Source: Patescibacteria group bacterium (GTDB lineage: Bacteria; Patescibacteriota; JABMPQ01; JAQVVF01). Taken from it: a stretch of 64,000 nucleotides of DNA. The notes beneath the pieces are model-generated. The model did no database searches. It was given only the letters and a program-made list of their open reading frames with translations, and had not been told where the DNA came from. Below are positions 56,729-64,000 of the stretch, piece after piece. The stretch spans positions 65,511-129,510 of the forward strand of contig JBAZSC010000001.1 in the NCBI GenBank assembly GCA_041662665.1. The letters are read 5' to 3'. The number at the start of each line of letters is the position of its first letter. The first letter of the stretch is position 1. The position numbers and the translations under genes were made by a program.

Positions 56729-58363
56729 CTATCTAAGTTCGTATATTCTACAATATTTACTCTCAAATACTTTTTCAAATTTAGAATCATCATCAAACAT
56801 ATAATAAACTTTTTTGTTTTTATTATTAACTAAAACATAGTTAGATTTAAAATCATTTTTAATTATCGAATAAGCTTTATCTTCATTTTTAGAAATATCT
56901 TGCCATTTATTATAAATATCTAAATCATAATTATAAGTAAAAGTTGGATCTAATCCAAAGCCATAATAATTATCGCTATTATTCAAAAATAATGGTGGAA
57001 AATCGCTCCAATCCAAATTCAAAATTATAGAATTTTTTGGAGTATTTTTTTTAAGCCAATTAGCTGCTTTTTCCAAATCTGGCACATTTTTTGCCGAAGA
57101 ATTTCCGACACTGGCTTGAGTTGTAATAATATTGCTAACACCAATAGATATAATTGTCACCACAATAACAACAAATGCCAAAGTCTTAACAAACAAAATA
57201 TAATATTGCTTCAGCCAAGTTCTGAAAGAATAGAAATGTTGCTTATTTTCTAAAACAATCAAAATTTGTTTAAGCCATTTTTGAAAATCAATTTTCTTTA
57301 ATAAGTCACTCAAGCAAAAAGCGCCAAAAAGTAAACAAAATGGCACCATTAATTCAACAAATCTTTGAGATCTCAATGTCAAAGCAAAGAATAAAGTCGC
57401 AATTATAAAAAGAGTTATTTTAAATGCAAACAGCTCTTTTTTTATTGACGATATTCGCATATTTGCAACATTTGCATACATTCGTAAATTCGTATTATAT
57501 TTATTTAGAATAATTTCGATTAACAAGATAATTACACCAGCAATATATACTGCAATAGCCAGGAAATTATTGACCAAAAAATCCCAATCTTTGAATGGAT
57601 ACCATTCTGCTCCAACTGGAATTTTGGTAAATGGTCCAGTACCTAAAACTTGAATTTTCAAAAAAGAATAAAAATTCTTGGCATATGGATTTGCAAAAAT
57701 ACTTAAAGCAATTGATCCAAAGCAAACTAAAAATTCTTTCCATTCAAATTTCCTAGCAAAAATCAATTTACTTAAATAAAATACAACTGCAAAAATAATT
57801 AAAAAGACAAAGCCACCATACAACCAGACATAGAAAAATGAAAATAGAGCAATCATTAAATATTTCAGCCACTTATTTTTAAAATCATAATAAAAGCTAA
57901 ACAAAATCATTATCAAGAAAAATAAAGACAAAGCAGGCACGCGAATTAAAATCATTCTAAACATAAAAGAAGTCGAGCTTCCCAATAATAAAATTGCCCA
58001 CCAAAAAGAAAATGTAATTTTGTTTTTTTGTAAAATAAAATAAAAGGCAAGTGTTGCTAATGAGGCAAACAAAATTTCAGCAACTTTTGCGCCAATTATT
58101 GGATCAAATGCCACAAATGGAATCAACAATATGTGAAACAGAAAATGATGATCAACATAATGATCTTTCAAGGTAGAGAATTGCATCCATGGAAATTCTT
58201 GATGAACAATATTTCCATTAATCATCATTTCTGTTATTTTGACATGATAATAAGAATCAGGACACAAAAATAATTCCAGTGAAAATTGCAAAATAGAGAA
58301 GACGATTACAGCAATCAAAAAAACCAAAACATATTTTAAAATTTTCAAATTTTTTTCTTTCAT
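56729..58363 (-). CDS. large polytopic membrane protein (GT-C/ArnT-PMT-like putative glycosyltransferase) containing an in-frame copy of the TACGAAT repeat
   Basis: 544 aa; first periplasmic loop LFLCPDSYYHVKITEMM resembles the GT-C D-x-Y/E motif; 57449..57502 encodes ...YNTNLRMYANVANMRISS... from the repeat element. Confidence 0.45.
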   Translation of the reverse strand: MKEKNLKILKYVLVFLIAVIVFSILQFSLELFLCPDSYYHVKITEMMINGNIVHQEFPWMQFSTLKDHYVDHHFLFHILLIPFVAFDPIIGAKVAEILFASLATLAFYFILQKNKITFSFWWAILLLGSSTSFMFRMILIRVPALSLFFLIMILFSFYYDFKNKWLKYLMIALFSFFYVWLYGGFVFLIIFAVVFYLSKLIFARKFEWKEFLVCFGSIALSIFANPYAKNFYSFLKIQVLGTGPFTKIPVGAEWYPFKDWDFLVNNFLAIAVYIAGVIILLIEIILNKYNTNLRMYANVANMRISSIKKELFAFKITLFIIATLFFALTLRSQRFVELMVPFCLLFGAFCLSDLLKKIDFQKWLKQILIVLENKQHFYSFRTWLKQYYILFVKTLAFVVIVVTIISIGVSNIITTQASVGNSSAKNVPDLEKAANWLKKNTPKNSIILNLDWSDFPPLFLNNSDNYYGFGLDPTFTYNYDLDIYNKWQDISKNEDKAYSIIKNDFKSNYVLVNNKNKKVYYMFDDDSKFEKVFESKYCRIYELR

Positions 58364-58593
58364 GAATATAATTTTAGCATAAACTTAAAAATATAAAAAA
58401 CTAGAAATATAAAAAAATATTCGAGTTCGTATTAGTGGTATTCGAAAAGTTATTCGATTTATTCGAAAAAGCATTAGAGTGAGGCAGTATCTAGTATTCG
58501 TATGTGCCTATTCGCTAAGGCTTTTCGCATACAAAAAAAACAGGCTAGGGAGTTCGCTTTCGCAAACTATAGTCTGTTAAAAAAAAGTACAAT

Positions 58594-59475
58594 TTATTGT
58601 ACCCTGATGTAAGTGACTTCGAAGCTTCCCGCATTGTCCGCCCACCATTCAGGATGGTAGCGGCCATTGAGGTCAGCTGTCGCGTCATTCACACTCAGGA
58701 TCACTGATACGTCATTTTCAAAAGATACAACTGTGCATTCAGATCCGCAGTACTGCCAAGGCTGACTGCCGACCTTCACGCATAGTGCCATGAAATTTCC
58801 ACCGCACCGATAATTCCGATCCAGACGCAGGAAGGGTGTACCTTCCTTGCCTTCAGGACCAGTTTCTCGGCCAGTCATTCCATCTCGCACTTCACCAGAT
58901 GCACTGATCTTCAGCCTCTGTCCATTTGATAGCCTGATTGGCAGATTTTGGCCGCCAAAGCTATTTGCCGAAACTGTGAGAGTTTCCTCTCCAGGCTGAT
59001 GCATCATCCGATGAAATGGTGAGTAGTCCAAATCAATTCCTGCCTCTTCAACTGTCTCGCGATTCCCATGGACTAGCTCTTTCCCATGGTAGGGACAGAA
59101 CTTAGTATCCTTTGGGAATGTCGCTCCGCAGACCGGACAAACGCCTTGCGTTGTCTGCCCGTTTGCGTCAAACAGCTGAGCAGAAGCAGGATGTACAAAG
59201 TTGGTAGGAAGAAAGAAGCAATTGATTCCATACAGTACATAGAATACTGTAATGAGAATCGCACTTGTCTTAAAGATTGGTCTCGGCAACAAGTGTTGAA
59301 TTGCATAATAAACGATCGCTGCTACAAAGATGAATCCGATTCCAGCCGCAATCGACCGGTACCAGATTTCCTTGTCTGTCCAAAATCTGATTACTTCTGC
59401 AAGAAGTCTGACAGATCCAAACAGTGCAAGTGCAACAGTTGCAAAAAGAAAAATCTTCTTTATTCTTTTCATCAC
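58594..59475 (-). CDS. membrane protein with CxxC zinc-ribbon and C-terminal beta-rich domain (GC-rich island gene 2)
   Basis: Three N-terminal TM helices; GVCPVCGATFPKDTKFCPYHG; about 50% GC versus about 30% elsewhere; start overlaps the upstream gene by 4 nt. Confidence 0.5.
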   Translation of the reverse strand: MMKRIKKIFLFATVALALFGSVRLLAEVIRFWTDKEIWYRSIAAGIGFIFVAAIVYYAIQHLLPRPIFKTSAILITVFYVLYGINCFFLPTNFVHPASAQLFDANGQTTQGVCPVCGATFPKDTKFCPYHGKELVHGNRETVEEAGIDLDYSPFHRMMHQPGEETLTVSANSFGGQNLPIRLSNGQRLKISASGEVRDGMTGRETGPEGKEGTPFLRLDRNYRCGGNFMALCVKVGSQPWQYCGSECTVVSFENDVSVILSVNDATADLNGRYHPEWWADNAGSFEVTYIRVQ

Positions 59476-60410
59476 TTGCCTCCTTGAGACTTGTCGTCAT
59501 CAAGCGCATCATCGAGCCAATCGCAGAAGCGATGAAAGAATGCAAATTTGACCTGAGACTTGACCGTGTCAGTTTTGATCTTCACAGGCTTTGCCTCAAC
59601 CCCAGAGGGCGAATGCTTAGCTGTGAATTCAAAAACCTTTCCAGCCTTGCCTGGCAGGTAAACAGTAGTATGAAGATGATTTCCAGTTGCGTCTGGGCAA
59701 GATGAAAGTCGACCGTTGCAGAAAATCTGCAGTCCGCCATTTTCAGCATTTGCAGAATCTGCTACAGCATCAACTTTCCAGTACTCTTGCTCGTCACCAG
59801 TCCCACTTTCCTTCGGCTTGGAAACCGCGAGGGTTACCGTGATTGCCGATTTTGGCGGAGCTGGAGGCGGAGCAGCAGGTGCCGTTGTAGTAGCCGCAGC
59901 ATCCTTGCCCTTCTTACCGCCATTGCCACCACCTGTCGGTGGGGCAGCAGCAGCCGGCGGATCAGCCGGAGCCACATCAGGCGGATCAGCAGGTGCAACC
60001 GGAGCGGGTGCAGGCCGTGCCGGAGCACTCGCGGGTGCGGGTGCCGGAGCAGGCGCTGCAGCCGGATCAGGCGCAGGCGGACGGCTAACTACAGCCGACC
60101 GAGCACCCAAGCGACGTGCTACTACTGGCTGGTTGTCATCCTCATCCTCGTCATCATCAGTGCCGCTACGCGGTGCAACCGGACGAACCGGAGCAGCCAC
60201 AGGCGGAACAGCAACAGGTGCCGGAGCAACTGGTGCATCGGCCGGAGCCGGAGCAACCAGAGCATCCAAATCACCCAAATCAAAACCGCCAGCATCAGGC
60301 TGGGCTTCATCATCAACCGCATTCCGCTTGTCGCCACGACAAACTGGACATTTAAAGCCACCTCTAAAATCAACATCAATTCCACAAATAGGACACTGTT
60401 CTAGTGCCAT
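59472..60410 (-). CDS. zinc-ribbon protein with long Pro/Ala-rich low-complexity linker and C-terminal globular domain (GC-rich island gene 1)
   Basis: CPICGIDVDFRGGFKCPVCRGD; ~150-aa PAPA-rich tract; about 60% GC; antisense ORFs on the plus strand are mirror artefacts. Confidence 0.5.
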   Translation of the reverse strand: MALEQCPICGIDVDFRGGFKCPVCRGDKRNAVDDEAQPDAGGFDLGDLDALVAPAPADAPVAPAPVAVPPVAAPVRPVAPRSGTDDDEDEDDNQPVVARRLGARSAVVSRPPAPDPAAAPAPAPAPASAPARPAPAPVAPADPPDVAPADPPAAAAPPTGGGNGGKKGKDAAATTTAPAAPPPAPPKSAITVTLAVSKPKESGTGDEQEYWKVDAVADSANAENGGLQIFCNGRLSSCPDATGNHLHTTVYLPGKAGKVFEFTAKHSPSGVEAKPVKIKTDTVKSQVKFAFFHRFCDWLDDALDDDKSQGGK

Positions 60411-60604
60411 TCTCTTCCTCCTCTCCTCAAGTTTGAGTGTTCGAGCCGTTTTCTGGACTTTCTAGTATATCATAAGACAATAAAAAAGTCAATATAATAC
60501 AATGGTTTTGGCTTGAATATGGTAAAAAAAGACTAAAATAGCAAAAAGGCTGGATTAAATTAAAAAATAAGCGTAAAATTACAAATACAAACTATTAACC
60601 CAGT

Positions 60605-60678
60605 GTCATTCTGAGCCGCAGCGAAGAATCCCATTATTTGTTGAAAATTATGGGATCCTTCGCTTCGCTCAGGATGAC
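60605..60678. repeat. long GC-rich inverted repeat (29-bp arms) at the island boundary
   Basis: gtcattctgagccgcagcgaagaatcccat ... atgggatccttcgcttcgctcaggatgac. Confidence 0.6.
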
Positions 60679-60724
60679 GTAGCAATTTTGTTATTTATCA
60701 TTTATAATTTTTAATTCATAAAGT

Positions 60725-60808
60725 GCGGACGTGGTGGAATTGGCAGACACGTTAGCCTTAGGAGCTAATGCTCGCAAGAGCGTGAGAGTTCAACTCTCTC
60801 CGTCCGCA
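60725..60808 (+). tRNA. tRNA-Leu (anticodon TAG) with long variable arm
   Basis: Acceptor gcggacg/cgtccgc, anticodon stem ttagc/gctaa with loop cTTAGga, variable stem gctc-gcaa-gagc, T-arm gagag-ttcaact-ctctc. Confidence 0.85.
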
Positions 60809-61071
60809 TTATTAAATTAACATAGAGTTTTCCGCAGAACCCTGCCCTTGCTTGCCCCGTCGAATGACTGGGGTGCAGGGCAACTCTCTCCGACCCGAAC
60901 CAAGTTTCTGTAACGAAAGTATTTAGTTTTGAAATTAGAAATACATAAATCAATGCTTGGTATTATATTTTCAGAAACTTGGTTCGGGCCTCCGTCCGCA
61001 TTTATAATATAAATTATTTATCAATAAAAAAACGCGAAGAAAATTTCGCGTTTTTTTTATTTCTCAAATTA

Positions 61072-61713
61072 TTAAAATAATTTTTCTATATCTTTAACTT
61101 TTAATTTTTCAAAACTTTTAATAATTAAATCCGCTTTTTTTACATCTTTAATATTGGATGATGCAAAGCCAACAACTTTCATTTTTGCTTTTTTTCCTGC
61201 CTCAACTCCTAATACTGCATCTTCAAAAACAACACAATCTTTAGGATCAACTTTTATTCTTTTGGCAGCAGTCAAAAATATTTCTGGATTTGGTTTTGAT
61301 TTTTTAAAATCATAACCAGTTATAACTTTATCAAAACAATCATAAATTTTTATTTTCTTTAAAATAAATTCAGTATTTTTTGATGATGATGCTGCTGCAA
61401 TTTTAATTTTTTTTCTTTTTAATTTCGAAACAAATTCTCTAAATCCAGAAAAAGTTTTTGGTGGGTGAGCATTAACTGCTTCAATAAAAAAAGCTTGTTT
61501 TCTTTCCATCATTTCATCTAATCTTTTTTTCGAAACTTTTCCAAGTATATTTGTGATTCCATCAATTCTCGGCACACCATTTACTTTTTTATCATAATCT
61601 CTTCTTGTCAAATTAACTCCTTCTTGTTTAAAAAATTTTTTCCAAGCAGAAAAATGATGCGGAACTGTATCAGTAATTACGCCATCCATGTCAAAAATAA
61701 TCGCTTTTAGCAT
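61072..61713 (-). CDS. HAD-superfamily hydrolase, subfamily IA (beta-phosphoglucomutase-like)
   Basis: Motif I IIFDMDGVITDT, motif II at S-S-S (AAASSSK), motif IV VVFEDAVLGVEAG. Confidence 0.8.
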   Translation of the reverse strand: MLKAIIFDMDGVITDTVPHHFSAWKKFFKQEGVNLTRRDYDKKVNGVPRIDGITNILGKVSKKRLDEMMERKQAFFIEAVNAHPPKTFSGFREFVSKLKRKKIKIAAASSSKNTEFILKKIKIYDCFDKVITGYDFKKSKPNPEIFLTAAKRIKVDPKDCVVFEDAVLGVEAGKKAKMKVVGFASSNIKDVKKADLIIKSFEKLKVKDIEKLF

Positions 61714-61906
61714 AAATATTAATTTAATAATTGATGAGTGAATTTTGTGTATAACGTCTGCATTTTCTGCGTTCGATTCTGCGTATTTCTGCGTTAAACA
61801 TCATGTAAAAAGTTTGGCTAAATTATTTATTTATTTATTAATTAATATAAACTAACAAAAATATTTGTTCTTGTCAAAGAAAAAACAGCCCATAGAGCTG
61901 TTAAAA

Positions 61907-62953
61907 TTAAGAGTGCTTCGCAACCAGTTTTACAATCTCACCCCACAAAGGAACAAGCAACGATGGCGGCAAATTTCTTCTTTGCAAAAGAACAATTTCT
62001 CTCAAGAAAGAAGCAGCCAGATAATAATCAAATCTTTTTTCCCAATCTGGATCTTTTCCTTGAAGTACAGTCGCATTGAATTCAGTTCCAAAGCGTCTTG
62101 CTCCAAGCTGCATTTTTCTGCACATTTCCTTATGTCTGACTTGATAATACAGAGTAACAACACCATGATCTCTTTCAAATCGCGGTGTGCTATCAACCAT
62201 GCTTGTCTTTGACGAGCAATACTTTCCAACGCGCATCAAAGCTTCACACCAATCAATTCGACCAGCCCATTCCAAATCAATGATTTTGACACCCCAGCGA
62301 TTCCCTCGGCGAACCTTGTAAACCAAGATATTCTCGCCTTTGAGATCGCCATGTGCTAAAACAGTCCAAGGTAGATCTTGTTTCAAGAATTCTACTATTA
62401 TATCAATGCAAGACTGCAAAGAAGGATATTCCTTATTCCTGATAATAATCGGACATTGGATTTCGTTTCCAAATACATTGCTCAAGGCAACAATTGTTTC
62501 TGACATCTCCAACCTAATAATCGAATTCTCACTTTGTCCGCCTTCTTGAACAGTTTGCAACCAGTTTTCACGTTTCACTGCCAAAACATTCTGGTACATA
62601 CCCCAAAACTGTTCAGCAGGAATTCCATGATGGTCAGGATCAAAAGCAAGTTCTTTGAATGTTGCCTTAACTTCTCTTACAAATTGAATAATGATGTAGT
62701 CATTTCCAACATGCAAGAGATCAGGAATCGAAGTTCCGAAATATGGTTTCAGCAATTCGTAACCGCGTACTTCTTTTGCAATTCTATCAGGAGTTCCAAC
62801 TTTGACAACTATTGCTCTTCGATCTCCATTGGTCTTGTTCAGGATCACATGAACAACATTTGCTCCAGTCACACTATCGCGTGCTAATGAAGTTACACTT
62901 CTAACTTTTCTACCAGGAAAATGAAGTTTGATTGCATCATAGACCCTTTGCAT
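61907..62953 (-). CDS. phosphotransferase-family kinase (APH/choline-kinase-like fold)
   Basis: Catalytic loop LAHGDLKGENILV and downstream IIDLEWAG (the Brenner H-G-D-x-x-x-x-N and D-x-E motifs); start set at the internal ATG (MQRVYD) to avoid overlap with pfk. Confidence 0.6.
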   Translation of the reverse strand: MQRVYDAIKLHFPGRKVRSVTSLARDSVTGANVVHVILNKTNGDRRAIVVKVGTPDRIAKEVRGYELLKPYFGTSIPDLLHVGNDYIIIQFVREVKATFKELAFDPDHHGIPAEQFWGMYQNVLAVKRENWLQTVQEGGQSENSIIRLEMSETIVALSNVFGNEIQCPIIIRNKEYPSLQSCIDIIVEFLKQDLPWTVLAHGDLKGENILVYKVRRGNRWGVKIIDLEWAGRIDWCEALMRVGKYCSSKTSMVDSTPRFERDHGVVTLYYQVRHKEMCRKMQLGARRFGTEFNATVLQGKDPDWEKRFDYYLAASFLREIVLLQRRNLPPSLLVPLWGEIVKLVAKHS

Positions 62954-62958
62954 CTTCC

Positions 62959-63963
62959 TTACCTCCAGAGTGCGCGCACTGTTTCTGCTGGAACCATTTT
63001 GATTCCGCGAGCGCAAGAAAGGGGAACATCAGTAACCACATCATTTTTGATTGCTACCATTCTGCCAAAATTTCCAGATTCTGCAAGTTGCAAAGCATGC
63101 TTTGCAAATCTTCTCGCCAAAATCTTATCAAATGCATTTGGAAATCCGCCACGAACAGAATCGCCAAGCTGAGTCCAACGAGTTTCAATTCCAGTTTTTT
63201 CTTGAATAACTTTTGCCAAAATCCTTGCTACACCTCTTTCACGTAGCAATTCATGATCAAAACCATCCAGAACTTTTGCTTCGTTACAACCATCAGGTTT
63301 GACATTTTCAGCGCAGACAACCAAGCCACTTACAGCATTTCTTGATGTAAAATGTTTGCACATTGCATCAACATCAAGAGGAAATTCTGGGAGTACAATC
63401 CAATCAGCAAATGAGGAAACTCCAGCATAAAGCGCCAACCATCCAGCATGTCTGCCCAAAGTTTCAACAACTTCAATTCTCTGATGAGCAAAAGCAGAAT
63501 CGCGAGCATTTAGAATTGCACGAATTGAATTGTCGACAACAGTCATGAATCCAATTGCGTAATCAGTTTCTGGCAAATCATTGTCCAAAGTTTTTGGAAT
63601 TCCAATGACAGGGAAGCCAAGATCAGAAAGTTTTGAAGCAACGCCAAGTGTATCTTCGCCGCCTACTGCAATTAAGCAATCGAATTTCTTCAAGGCTTTC
63701 TGGATCCAACGCAGATGTTCTTCATTGCCAGCCTTAAATGGATCAAGCCTTGATGTTCCAAGATATGACGAAGTAGAAGCAGAAAACCTGGAAATAAGAT
63801 CTCTGTCCGACAAATCACAAAGATAATCTTCTGAAAGCCCTTTCCAGCCATTTTCGTAACCAAACAGTTGATGTCCTTGGCATAGATCAATCAAATTCGC
63901 AAAAACATCATTGATGCCAGGACAATGTCCGCCGCCAGTTACGCTTGCGATTCGAAGTGACAT
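62959..63963 (-). CDS. pfk: 6-phosphofructokinase (PfkA family)
   Basis: GGHCPGIN, GGEDTLG, PKTLDNDL and LGRHAGW correspond to the PFK signatures (GGDG, PKTIDND, MGR); AGGAGG SD upstream. Confidence 0.8.
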   Translation of the reverse strand: MSLRIASVTGGGHCPGINDVFANLIDLCQGHQLFGYENGWKGLSEDYLCDLSDRDLISRFSASTSSYLGTSRLDPFKAGNEEHLRWIQKALKKFDCLIAVGGEDTLGVASKLSDLGFPVIGIPKTLDNDLPETDYAIGFMTVVDNSIRAILNARDSAFAHQRIEVVETLGRHAGWLALYAGVSSFADWIVLPEFPLDVDAMCKHFTSRNAVSGLVVCAENVKPDGCNEAKVLDGFDHELLRERGVARILAKVIQEKTGIETRWTQLGDSVRGGFPNAFDKILARRFAKHALQLAESGNFGRMVAIKNDVVTDVPLSCARGIKMVPAETVRALWR

Positions 63964-64000
63964 CCTGTCTCTCCTCCTTTTTCCTCCGTTTTCCTTTGTC

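Noticed and set aside
59716-60465. Plus-strand ORFs (249, 205 and 79 aa) and several minus-strand alternatives within 59716..60465
   Set aside because: They are mirror-frame artefacts of the GC-rich Pro/Ala low-complexity gene 59472..60410 and have no SD or start context. The minus-strand gene is translationally coupled to its neighbour and starts with a zinc ribbon.

Overview
This is an AT-rich bacterial chromosome fragment (most genes ~25-35% GC) that looks like a reduced Patescibacteria/CPR-type genome; that assignment is inference. The window contains three recognisable blocks of housekeeping and RNA genes plus many lineage-specific hypothetical proteins. 1) A 23S rRNA gene (37817..42175) is interrupted by two group-I-type introns, each encoding a single-motif LAGLIDADG homing endonuclease. 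The 23S is flanked by a perfect 22-bp processing stem and followed by 5S rRNA, with no 16S in the 2.3 kb upstream. 2) Three tRNAs are present: Arg-TCT, Lys-CTT and Leu-TAG. 3) Housekeeping genes include rpsO-pnp, comM/yifB, lspA, a dksA-like zinc finger, a DnaQ-exonuclease/DinG helicase fusion, galU, pfk, a HAD hydrolase, a CYTH protein, an Xer-type recombinase and a class II Fic. The most unusual locus is 47.9-53.1 kb. It encodes six tandem paralogous secreted proteins sharing a VirB2/TrbC-like two-helix pilin-type module, with diversified Cys-rich or Thr/Pro-rich heads. The array is interrupted by a four-helix-bundle (rRNA-IVS-type) gene flanked by 61-bp inverted repeats, and is followed by three large GT-C-like polytopic membrane proteins. 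Other points to check are listed under findings. They include several families of 100-150 bp palindromic MITE-like intergenic repeats, two giant repeat-rich surface proteins, a DnaA-box cluster, a candidate ncRNA in an ORF-free region, and a GC-rich island next to tRNA-Leu.
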